Part shown: piece by piece, positions 55,854-64,000 of the stretch | How positions within the stretch are numbered: the first letter of the stretch is position 1 | How the letters are laid out: every line of letters starts with the position of its first letter | Source of the DNA: an uncultured Candidatus Saccharibacteria bacterium | Lineage (GTDB): Bacteria > Patescibacteriota > Minisyncoccia > CAIUEV01 > JAHKAQ01 | Length of the DNA stretch: 64,000 nt | Assembly: GCA_964598205.1 (NCBI GenBank) | Contig: CAZRBB010000003.1 | Coordinates: 17,046-81,045, forward strand | Direction of reading: 5' to 3' | Program-made: the position numbers and the translations under genes | Notes under the pieces: generated by a model | Told to the model about the DNA's origin: nothing | Databases searched by the model: none | What the model saw: only the letters and a program-made list of their open reading frames with translations

Positions 55854-57413
55854 ATGAAGAAAAGAAAATTGAATAAAATTTGTATTCTTGATTTTGGTTC
55901 TCAGACCACACAATTAATCGCAAGAAAGATAAGAGGTTTGGGGGTTTATGCTGAAATTGTACCATTCAATATTAAAGCTTCCCAGATTGATAAGGAGACG
56001 GTAAAGGGAATTGTTTTTTCCGGTGGACCAGAAAGTATTTACAAAAAAAATTCGCCTAGGCCAGATCCTTTAATTTATCAAAAAGGAATTCCTGTTTTAG
56101 GTATTTGCTATGGGCTTCAATTGATCACTAATCACTTTGGAGGAGAGATAACGGCTGGAGAAAAAAAGAAAGAGTATGGAGAGGCTTCTTTGGATCTTAA
56201 AAAAGAAAAAGATCAGGAACCATTTTTGACTGGGGTAAAAAAGAGTTCTTGTGTTTGGATGAGCCATGGTGATGAAGCCAAAAAAATTCCTTTTGGATTT
56301 AAGGTTTTGGGGGCGACAAAAAATTCTCCATCCGCCATTTTTTCTGACAAGAGAAGAGGTTTTTATGCAGTCCAGTTTCATCCAGAAGTTTCACAGACTA
56401 AAGAAGGAGGGAAGCTTTTGGCGAATTTTGTTTTTAATATTTGCGCTTGTTCTTTGGATTGGCTTGCCGGAGATATTGTTAACAATCTAACAGAAGAAGC
56501 AAGAGAAATTGCTGCGGGAAGAAATGTTTTAGAGGGTGTTTCTGGCGGGGTAGATTCAACGGTAATGGCTGTTTTGCTTCATCGAGCTTTGGGTAAAAAG
56601 TTGCGCTGTCTTTTGGTAGATACTGGTTTTTTAAGAAAAAATGAAATAGAGGTAATAAAAAAAAGATTCAATCATTTTTTAAAGTTCCCAGTAGAAGTAA
56701 GAGATGCTTCTTCTTCTTTCTTGACTCAAGTAGGGAGAGAGATTGATGGTCAAGTAAGAAGAAAAATTATTGGTCGAGAGTACATTAAGCTTTTTTTGAG
56801 CGAAATGGGGCCGAAAGATGTTTTGGCTCAAGGAACGCTTTATCCCGATGTAATTGAATCGGCAGCAGAAGTAAGTGGTCCGGCACACACAATCAAGACA
56901 CACCACAATAGAGTAAAAGAGGTGTTGGATTTAATGGAAGAGGGAAGAGTTTTAGAAATTTTTAAAGGCTTGTTTAAAGATGAGGTGCGAGCCATTGGTA
57001 GGGAGTTGGGCTTGCCTTTAGAAATAATCGCTCGCCAACCTTTTCCTGGACCGGGGTTGGCAATAAGAATTTTGGGAGAAATAACTACCGACAGACTAGA
57101 AACATTAAGAGATGCAGACGCAATTGTAATAGAAGAATTAAAAAAGGCTGATCTTTATTTTAAGATTGCTCAAACGGTAGTGGCGCTCGATGCGCACCAA
57201 GCAACCTGTGTTAAAGGAGATGCTAAAGGGTCGGGGTATTTAATCTTAGTAAAAAATGTGCAAACCCTAGACTTTATGACAACGGAAGCGTTTGATTTGG
57301 GCTTTGATCTTAGAAAAAAAATAACCACCAGAATTCTAAATGAAGTAAAAGGAGCGGGAAGGGTTTTGTTTGACGAGTCCAATAAACCACCAGCAACTAT
57401 TTGTTATCTTTAG
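55854..57413 (+). CDS. guaA: GMP synthase (glutamine-hydrolysing)
   Basis: LDFGSQ, GICYG, QFHPEV, SGGVDS, QGTLYPDVIES, PFPGPGL. Confidence 0.98.
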   Translation: MKKRKLNKICILDFGSQTTQLIARKIRGLGVYAEIVPFNIKASQIDKETVKGIVFSGGPESIYKKNSPRPDPLIYQKGIPVLGICYGLQLITNHFGGEITAGEKKKEYGEASLDLKKEKDQEPFLTGVKKSSCVWMSHGDEAKKIPFGFKVLGATKNSPSAIFSDKRRGFYAVQFHPEVSQTKEGGKLLANFVFNICACSLDWLAGDIVNNLTEEAREIAAGRNVLEGVSGGVDSTVMAVLLHRALGKKLRCLLVDTGFLRKNEIEVIKKRFNHFLKFPVEVRDASSSFLTQVGREIDGQVRRKIIGREYIKLFLSEMGPKDVLAQGTLYPDVIESAAEVSGPAHTIKTHHNRVKEVLDLMEEGRVLEIFKGLFKDEVRAIGRELGLPLEIIARQPFPGPGLAIRILGEITTDRLETLRDADAIVIEELKKADLYFKIAQTVVALDAHQATCVKGDAKGSGYLILVKNVQTLDFMTTEAFDLGFDLRKKITTRILNEVKGAGRVLFDESNKPPATICYL

Positions 57414-57422
57414 TGCTTTTTT

Positions 57423-58292
57423 ATGCCTGAGCTTCCAGAAGTAGAAACCGTGACGAGAGGACTTAATGCCAATGTTTTGAGAAGAGAGATTATAGATGTG
57501 GAAATTGAACACTCAAAAATAGTAAGAGAAATTAGTACAGAGATTTTTAAGAAAAAAATAAAACATCGGCGGTTTGTTTTTTTTAGTCGCCTAGCTAAAA
57601 ATATTTTAGGAGAACTGGATAATGGAGATGTCTTATGGATTCACTTAAAAATGACAGGACATCTTCTTTTTAAGCCTCTAAAACTCGATGCGGTACTTGT
57701 TGGTAATTTAAACGACAAGTTTAATGGATATATAAGACTCTCTTTTATTTTTAAGGACGGTAGCCGCTTATGTTTTTCTGATCTACGAAAATTCGGTCGA
57801 ATTAAGCTGATAGAGGCTCCGATTAAATCAATTAAGAAAAATCCAGAGAAATTTGGACTAGGAAAGATTGGTCCAGAACCGTTAGCCAAGGGGTCTGGAC
57901 TTGATTTGTTTACCAAGGCGCTTTTAAGAAGCAAAAAACCGATCAAGCCTTTATTGCTTGTGCCGGCGGTAGTTGCTGGGATTGGTAATATTTATGCAAG
58001 TGAGATTTTATTTAGAGCAAAGATTAGTCCTCTGCGACTGGGTAATAGTTTAAAACAGAAAGAGATAAAAAATATTTGGCAAAAGGCGCACTTAATTTTT
58101 AAAAAAGCAATCAAATTAGGAGGAACTTCGGTTAGTGATTTTAGAAACATTAGAGGAGAAAAGGGTTGTTTCGGCAAGGAGCTTTTAGTATATGGAAGGG
58201 CTGGAAAAAAATGCCCAGTTTGTGCTAAAATTGTTCAAAGAATAAAACAGGGAGGAAGGAGTACTTTTTATTGTTCCTTTTGTCAAAAATAA
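57423..58292 (+). CDS. mutM: Formamidopyrimidine-DNA glycosylase
   Basis: MPELPEVE, HLKMTG, GIGNIYASE, C-terminal zinc finger. Confidence 0.97.
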   Translation: MPELPEVETVTRGLNANVLRREIIDVEIEHSKIVREISTEIFKKKIKHRRFVFFSRLAKNILGELDNGDVLWIHLKMTGHLLFKPLKLDAVLVGNLNDKFNGYIRLSFIFKDGSRLCFSDLRKFGRIKLIEAPIKSIKKNPEKFGLGKIGPEPLAKGSGLDLFTKALLRSKKPIKPLLLVPAVVAGIGNIYASEILFRAKISPLRLGNSLKQKEIKNIWQKAHLIFKKAIKLGGTSVSDFRNIRGEKGCFGKELLVYGRAGKKCPVCAKIVQRIKQGGRSTFYCSFCQK

Positions 58293-58306
58293 TTTTTAGT
58301 TTAATT

Positions 58307-59473
58307 ATGAAAAACATTCTAGAGAAAATCAAAACTGATTCTCGCTTGCGTTGGGGGTTGCTGGCTGTTCTTTTGGTGGTTATTCTAACGATTGGTTTTT
58401 TAAGATCTAAGGCAGGAAAAGATGCCAAAATTGAAATCCAGAAAAAGCAAGAAAAAGAGGTTGCGGACAGAGTTTCTTATTCAGCTGAGTTTCCTGATTT
58501 AGAAAAGGAGAAGCAAGAAGTACTAACTCCCGGAGAGGTTAGTCCAATTTCTGGACTTAAGTGCAACCCAGGAGAGAATCGTAATCGCCGGCCAATAGGA
58601 GTAATGCTGGCCGGAGATAAGGGAGTAAGACCGCTTTCTGGAACAGGAGAGGCGGACATGGTGTTCGAAATGCCCGTAATCACAGCAAGTATTACTCGAC
58701 TGATGGCAGTTTTTGTTTGTAATTCGCCAAAGGAAATTGGTTCAATCAGGAGCGCTCGTCACGACTATATTGCTTTGGCCAAGGGTTTAGATGCCATGCT
58801 GGCGCATTGGGGAGGCTCTCACTTTGCATTAGAGATGCTTAAAAACAAAGAAACAGCTCCAGACTTAGATGCTATGAGAAATGAAGGTGGAGCGTTTTTC
58901 CGTAAGGCAGGAATCTTGCCTCCCGATAATGGCTTTGCGGAGTACGACAAGCTTTTGGCTACAGCCAAGACGCTGGGATACAGAACGGAAAATCATTTTG
59001 AGGGTTATGTGCATAGAGCAGAGTCAGCCGTTAGCGATAGAGGCAAGGGTGGTAGATTGATAGTGGGATTCCCGGGAGTTTATCGGGTAGAATATGCTTA
59101 CGATGCAAAAACGAATTCTTATTTAAGAGAATGGGATGGCAAAGTAGATTTAGACCGAAATACTAATACTCAGGTAGCTCCTAAAAATGTGGTAGTGATC
59201 TTTGCTACTTCTAGGCAAATAGAAGGTCAGTACAACGATGTGGACATAGAAGGGTCGGGAGAGATGAGAGCTTTTATTGAAGGGCATGAATTTAAGGGAA
59301 CATGGGAAAAGAAAAAAGGGAACTGTGTAATAGGAAACGAGCTGGTTTGTGTTAATTCTGCAAAACTTACCTTTTTAAAAGAAGATGGCAAAGAATTGGA
59401 ATTTGTTCCTGGGCAGATTTGGGTAGAGGTTTTAGAGCCCGGACAAAAGCTAAAATGGACGCCAGAGGGATGA
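58307..59473 (+). CDS. DUF3048-family membrane-anchored protein
   Basis: N-terminal TM, RRPIGVM, ITRLMAVF, IGSIRSAR, HWGGS, GQIWVE; ATG 58307 chosen. Confidence 0.8.
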   Translation: MKNILEKIKTDSRLRWGLLAVLLVVILTIGFLRSKAGKDAKIEIQKKQEKEVADRVSYSAEFPDLEKEKQEVLTPGEVSPISGLKCNPGENRNRRPIGVMLAGDKGVRPLSGTGEADMVFEMPVITASITRLMAVFVCNSPKEIGSIRSARHDYIALAKGLDAMLAHWGGSHFALEMLKNKETAPDLDAMRNEGGAFFRKAGILPPDNGFAEYDKLLATAKTLGYRTENHFEGYVHRAESAVSDRGKGGRLIVGFPGVYRVEYAYDAKTNSYLREWDGKVDLDRNTNTQVAPKNVVVIFATSRQIEGQYNDVDIEGSGEMRAFIEGHEFKGTWEKKKGNCVIGNELVCVNSAKLTFLKEDGKELEFVPGQIWVEVLEPGQKLKWTPEG

Positions 59474-60414
59474 TTTTTCTTTTTACTGCTCCAAAAAATT
59501 CATATTTTCTTTTTCGAGAAAGAGAGCTGATTAAGGAAAGAGCAAAAGAAGCCCATGATCTTTGGGCTTCTTTTGATTTGGAAAATTGGCCCAAGAAAGA
59601 TGAATTAAATTCTTTGCTAAGTGCTAAGGGTTTTTTTGAGGAAGAAAAAAGCTTGGTATTTAAAAATGCAACACTTCTTTCGATTGATCAGGCAGGATAT
59701 TTAAAAGAATTAATTAAAAAAAGAAAAATATCGAAAGATAAGGAAACGAAGTTGTATTTTTTAGAAGAAGCTCCTTCTAAAAAAGCACCTCTCTATGTTT
59801 TTTTAAAAAAACAGGCTGAAGTTTTTAGGGAAATAAAAAATCCAACAGGAATTGAGTTTGAAAATTTTCTAAAAGAAGAAGCGCATCGTTTAAAGATAGA
59901 GATAGAGCCGCAAGCCGTTAAGAGGCTTGGTTTTTGGACTAAGTTTGACCCCTGGGAAGCGATAAAGATAATGGAGAGAGCCTTTTTGGTGGATGGTGGT
60001 CAAAAGGTTACAGAAAAAAAAATAGAAGAAATGGTGGAAAATGTTTTGGAAGAAAATATTTTTCTAGCTCTAGAAGCTTTGGCAAGAAAAGAGAAGGGTA
60101 AGGCCCTAGACTTGTTTGGTCAAGCGAGAATTAACGGCGGTCATCCGCTTTATTTGCTTTCAATGATTACTTACCAAATAAGAACGCTGGCAATTATTAA
60201 GAGTGTTCAAGAAAAAGGCTTGGGTCTTTCTGAAATAAGCAGGGAAGCAGGGATACACCCCTATGTGGTAGAAAAAAATAGCTCTCTTTTGGAAAAAATG
60301 GGAATGGATCAGATTAAAAAAATATACCAAAAATTGGCAGAAATTGATTTTTCTATTAAGACAGGAAAGCTAGATCCTTTTTTGGCACTAGACCTGTTTG
60401 TTATTTTTTCTTAG
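59470..60414 (+). CDS. holA: DNA polymerase III delta subunit
   Basis: MIFLFT start with ATGA overlap, ENIFLALEAL, GIHPYVVEK, DFSIKTG. Confidence 0.85.
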   Translation: MIFLFTAPKNSYFLFRERELIKERAKEAHDLWASFDLENWPKKDELNSLLSAKGFFEEEKSLVFKNATLLSIDQAGYLKELIKKRKISKDKETKLYFLEEAPSKKAPLYVFLKKQAEVFREIKNPTGIEFENFLKEEAHRLKIEIEPQAVKRLGFWTKFDPWEAIKIMERAFLVDGGQKVTEKKIEEMVENVLEENIFLALEALARKEKGKALDLFGQARINGGHPLYLLSMITYQIRTLAIIKSVQEKGLGLSEISREAGIHPYVVEKNSSLLEKMGMDQIKKIYQKLAEIDFSIKTGKLDPFLALDLFVIFS

Positions 60415-60679
60415 ATTTTTCAGCTAGCTTGATAGCTAAGGAAAGACGAGATTTTTTACGGCCAGCGGTGTTTTTTTTGATCACCTTTTTTTGAGAGGCT
60501 TTATCTATAGCCTTTATGGCTTGCTTAAAGGTTTCTTTGGCCTTAGCGATTTCTTGTTTCTTAATTAGTTCCCTTGTTTCCTTAATGGCAGCGCGCATCT
60601 TTTTTTTGTAGACAAGATTTCTTGTTTTTTTGCGACCACTGGATTTAACGAACTTCTTAGCCGATTGCTTGATAGGCAT
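60401..60679 (-). CDS. rpsT: 30S ribosomal protein S20
   Basis: MPIKQSAKK, IDKA...IKKNTAGRKKSRL. Confidence 0.96.
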   Translation of the reverse strand: MPIKQSAKKFVKSSGRKKTRNLVYKKKMRAAIKETRELIKKQEIAKAKETFKQAIKAIDKASQKKVIKKNTAGRKKSRLSLAIKLAEKSKKK

Positions 60680-60796
60680 AATAACAATGAATGATTAAGT
60701 TGATAGTAATAGGGAAATTCAATATAGTAATTGTTAGCATGCAGAAAAGAAAGAGTAAAGAGGAAAATAAGCAAATTAAAGTTAATCAAAAATAAA

Positions 60797-61375
60797 ATGA
60801 TTGCTAGATTAGAAGGAAAAGTGGTTTCCAAAAAAGAAGATTTCTTAGTAGTGATGGTGGGAGGACTGGGGTTTAAGGTTTTTGTTTCTGCAGAGGCACT
60901 AGAAAAAGCAAAAGAAGGAGACGAGATTTCTCTTTTCACCTTTCTTGCTGTAAGAGAGAATGCCTTGGAATTATTTGGGTTTCTTTCCGAAAGGGAGTTA
61001 GAATTTTTTATGCTCTTGATTTCTGTTTCTGGTATTGGTCCCAAGGGGGCAATGCGGATTCTGGATCAAGCAACACCAGGAGAACTTCAGGGTTCAATTC
61101 TGGAAGCGGACAGTTCTATTTTGACCAAGGTTTCTGGTATTGGTACTAAAACAGCAGAACGAATTATTTTGGAATTAAAAAACAAGCTAGGAAAACTGCC
61201 TTCCACAGAAACACAAAACTCAAAGAAAGACCTAGACGCCTTAGAGGCGCTGGTTTCCTTGGGTTATTCCTCTGGAGAAACAAGACAGGCGCTAAAAAGC
61301 TTAAAAGGAGAAGAAATGACCACGGAAGAAAGAGTGCGACAAGCAATAAAGTTTTTGTCTCGAGGCCGTCATTAG
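60797..61375 (+). CDS. ruvA: Holliday junction DNA-binding protein
   Basis: MIARLEG, LFGF, VSGIGPKGA, GIGTKTAERIILELK, ALVSLGY. Confidence 0.97.
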   Translation: MIARLEGKVVSKKEDFLVVMVGGLGFKVFVSAEALEKAKEGDEISLFTFLAVRENALELFGFLSERELEFFMLLISVSGIGPKGAMRILDQATPGELQGSILEADSSILTKVSGIGTKTAERIILELKNKLGKLPSTETQNSKKDLDALEALVSLGYSSGETRQALKSLKGEEMTTEERVRQAIKFLSRGRH

Positions 61376-62370
61376 GAGAGCCAACGGTAAAGTTTTTGAT
61401 AGATTTGGTAAGCGATTGGATAAAGAGGTAGGTCGTAGGTAGGATGGAAAACTGCTTCTGTTCCATTAAAACCCTTTTTAAAACGAGTAACTCCGGGCCA
61501 TTTTTCCGAATCCACTCCCCAGAAATCGTAATACTGGAGATTATTCTGGCAAGCGTCTTGAATTGCCTCCCATTGGAGCAGGTGTGGAGCCATCCAGTTG
61601 CGGAAAATGTTAGCAGAGGCTCCGTGTAAATAAGTAGCTGTTTTGTTGTGGTTGATCACAAGAATAGCAGCCAACGGGGTCTTTTTTTTGTAAGCGACAT
61701 AGATTGAAAGTTTTTTTTCGGGACCAAGAGAGCTGGCCATTTTTTGATAGTAATTTTTGGGGTGCAGTGAAAATTCGCTTCGCGAACCCGTTACTTGCAG
61801 CAGTTTCCACATGTCTTCTACCAGTTCTTTGCTGTATCCTTTCTTAACTATTAACTTCTTTTTTAGAGCAAGGCGAATATTGTAACGAGTTTTTGGCTTT
61901 ATCGCAGTAAGAATCAAAGATGGATCCGGGTTTAATTTTAAGAAAGAAGTGGAAGATGGTTGTTTTGTTTTTCCAATTGCAGGGAGAAGGTGAGATAGAG
62001 TTAGCTTTTTGTCTCTTAAGATAGGAGGATTGAATCGCAAAAAAAGACAGTGCTTTTTTTTAAACTGTTCCTTGATTTGATTAAAAATTTGAGCGATCTC
62101 TCTTTTTTTTAAGCCTTGATAAGGAATGTCTGGGCCAAAGGGGCAGTAGGCGTAAGATAAAAAGGGGAGAGGAGATCGAATCAAAAAAACAGCTTTACCG
62201 ATAATTTTTTTTTGATTGTTTTTTATTAAAAAAAGTTGAGGAGATTGGCCAGTATTAGTCAGAAAGCGATTCCAGGAAGCAGAGTAAGAAAATTCTCCAG
62301 GGAAAAAAGAAGAAGAGGGGTTTGATTTTTCCCAAAAAGAAAAATCAGTAGTTTCTTTTAAAGTAAACAT
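61372..62370 (-). CDS. FemABX-family peptidoglycan bridge aminoacyltransferase
   Basis: YCPFGP, KTRYNIRLA, YLHGAS, LQWEAI, YDFWG, FKKGFNG. Confidence 0.9.
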   Translation of the reverse strand: MFTLKETTDFSFWEKSNPSSSFFPGEFSYSASWNRFLTNTGQSPQLFLIKNNQKKIIGKAVFLIRSPLPFLSYAYCPFGPDIPYQGLKKREIAQIFNQIKEQFKKKHCLFLRFNPPILRDKKLTLSHLLPAIGKTKQPSSTSFLKLNPDPSLILTAIKPKTRYNIRLALKKKLIVKKGYSKELVEDMWKLLQVTGSRSEFSLHPKNYYQKMASSLGPEKKLSIYVAYKKKTPLAAILVINHNKTATYLHGASANIFRNWMAPHLLQWEAIQDACQNNLQYYDFWGVDSEKWPGVTRFKKGFNGTEAVFHPTYDLPLYPIAYQIYQKLYRWLS

Positions 62371-62385
62371 AAAAATGGCCGGTGT

Positions 62386-62862
62386 TTAAAAAGAAAAAAA
62401 GTTTAAGATCCAAATCCAGAAAAAGGAGCCAATAATTCCTAGAACAAAACCGGAAATAGCTTCGGTTGCGGTGTGGCCCACTCTTTCTTTGAGTTTAGGA
62501 TAGTTCTTTTTTCCAGCTTCTTCTATAAAACGGTTAATGGTTTTTCCATAGTCGCCAATGTAGGCACGGAGCTTAATAGCGTCGTAAATGGTGAGAATTC
62601 CCAAAGAAAAGGCAACACCAAAAACAGGAGAATTAAGGCCGGCATAATAACCCGTAACAACCATTAAAGATGTGACACAGGCAGTGTGAGAGCTTGGAAG
62701 ATGACCGTACTCAAAAAGAAACTTCCAATCAAGCCCATGTTTAAATGAGTAAAGAAAGAACTTAATAATCTGGGCAGAAACCCACATTAATAAAGGAATA
62801 AGAAGGATTGCGTAATTTTCTGGAGCGGAAAAATAATTCATAATAAAGCTTACTTGATTCAT
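62386..62862 (-). CDS. Divergent PAP2 (DUF212) family protein
   Basis: AQIIK, GHLPSSHTA, YDA, LKERVGHT. Confidence 0.88.
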   Translation of the reverse strand: MNQVSFIMNYFSAPENYAILLIPLLMWVSAQIIKFFLYSFKHGLDWKFLFEYGHLPSSHTACVTSLMVVTGYYAGLNSPVFGVAFSLGILTIYDAIKLRAYIGDYGKTINRFIEEAGKKNYPKLKERVGHTATEAISGFVLGIIGSFFWIWILNFFSF

Positions 62863-62958
62863 TTTAACAAAACGGACAATAAAGAGAAGCCCTAATCGTT
62901 TGCTGGTGGCTTTAGGCTTAGTGTATAATCAAAATATGATTAATTTTAAATAAAATTT

Positions 62959-63519
62959 ATGACAACGATTGTGCTTGTGGTTGTGTTAGTTCTTTTTGGA
63001 GGGTTTATTGCAGGGCTGTATAATGGGCTAATTCAATTACGGAACAAAACTCAAGAAGCTTGGTCAGACATAGATGTTCAATTAAAAAGAAGATACGATC
63101 TAGTTCCTAATTTAGTAGAAACAGTTAAGGGTTACGCCAGGCACGAAGACAAGGTTTTTACAGAAGTAACAGAAGCTCGTTCCCGAGCAATGCAGGCAGA
63201 AGATCCTAAGACTAGAGGTGAGGCAGAAGCAGGATTGTCTGGTGCGTTAAAATCGCTATTTGCAGTGGCGGAGAGTTATCCTGAATTAAAAGCTAGCACT
63301 AATTTTAGCCAACTTCAGGAACAATTATCAGAAATTGAAGATCAGATTCAGAACGCACGCCGCTACTACAATGGTAATGTTAGAGAGCTAAACACCAAAA
63401 TAGAAGTTTTTCCTAACAACTTATTAGCACCAGTAATGGGTTTTAAGAAATTTGAATTTTTTAAACTGGAAAGCGAAGAAGAAAAGAAAAATGTTAAAGT
63501 AAATTTTTCTCAAAAATAA
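62959..63519 (+). CDS. lemA: LemA family protein
   Basis: AWSDIDVQLKRRYDLVPNLV, ESYPELKAS, ARRYYN. Confidence 0.95.
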   Translation: MTTIVLVVVLVLFGGFIAGLYNGLIQLRNKTQEAWSDIDVQLKRRYDLVPNLVETVKGYARHEDKVFTEVTEARSRAMQAEDPKTRGEAEAGLSGALKSLFAVAESYPELKASTNFSQLQEQLSEIEDQIQNARRYYNGNVRELNTKIEVFPNNLLAPVMGFKKFEFFKLESEEEKKNVKVNFSQK

Positions 63520-64000
63520 ATGCATACCAAAATTGTTTGTACCATTGGGCCTTCGTCTGCTAGCAAAAACAAGCTAAAGGCAATGATTAATTCAGGACTT
63601 TCTGTGGCAAGAATTAACTTGTCTCACGGTAGCCATGAAAGCGATGAAGCATTGATTCATAATGTTCGACTGGCAGCCAAGGAGTGCCAAAAATTCATAG
63701 GAGTAATGATCGATCTTCAGGGTCCTCGACTAAGAATTTTAAGTCTGGAAAAACCAGTTATTGTTAGAGACGGGGAAATGGTTGTTCTTTATGAAGGAGC
63801 GAGCAATAAAAAAGAAAAAGATTTTTCTTTGGGAATAGATGGTAAAGGTCTTTTAAAGTATTTAGAAAAAGGAGACTTTATATTGATAGACAACGGAATG
63901 GTAGAGCTAGAAGTTTGGTCGGTTGTGGGCGGAAAAATTTTATGCAAAGTAAAAACTGGAGGAGAGATCGGTCTGCGCAAGGGTCTGAACATTCCTCGGC
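63520..64000 (+). CDS. pyk: Pyruvate kinase, 5' part (runs off window end)
   Basis: Manual translation MHTKIVCTIGPSS...ARINLSHG...DLQGPRLR...IDNG. Confidence 0.95.
   Translation, partial: MHTKIVCTIGPSSASKNKLKAMINSGLSVARINLSHGSHESDEALIHNVRLAAKECQKFIGVMIDLQGPRLRILSLEKPVIVRDGEMVVLYEGASNKKEKDFSLGIDGKGLLKYLEKGDFILIDNGMVELEVWSVVGGKILCKVKTGGEIGLRKGLNIPR

Overview
Origin-proximal chromosomal segment of an AT-rich, densely packed bacterial genome using the standard code (TGA is stop). The gene set (PrgI/VirB4/VirB6-like cluster with pilin, PilB, FemABX, DUF3048, LemA, long ThyX) suggests Patescibacteria/CPR; this is inference, not a database result. The window holds rpmH-dnaA-dnaN with a probable oriC, two parS sites, three tRNAs and many housekeeping genes. 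The notable items are: (1) an unexplained ~320-nt structured transcript with its own promoter and terminator (20304-20656); (2) a 6S-like RNA candidate between ruvB and pilB; (3) a dTMP/one-carbon operon with a ParB/sulfiredoxin-fold orphan enzyme; (4) an rpiB-hps-phi-prs operon that looks like an archaeal-style reverse RuMP route to PRPP; (5) a chromosomal T4SS-like locus with a Cys-decorated beta-propeller; (6) a 7TM / ATP-grasp-protease fusion / second ATP-grasp / PBP1A operon; (7) a tandem double-ATPase PilB; (8) parS sites inside 44- and 56-bp perfect palindromes within a CDS. All calls are from motif recognition by eye; no searches were run.
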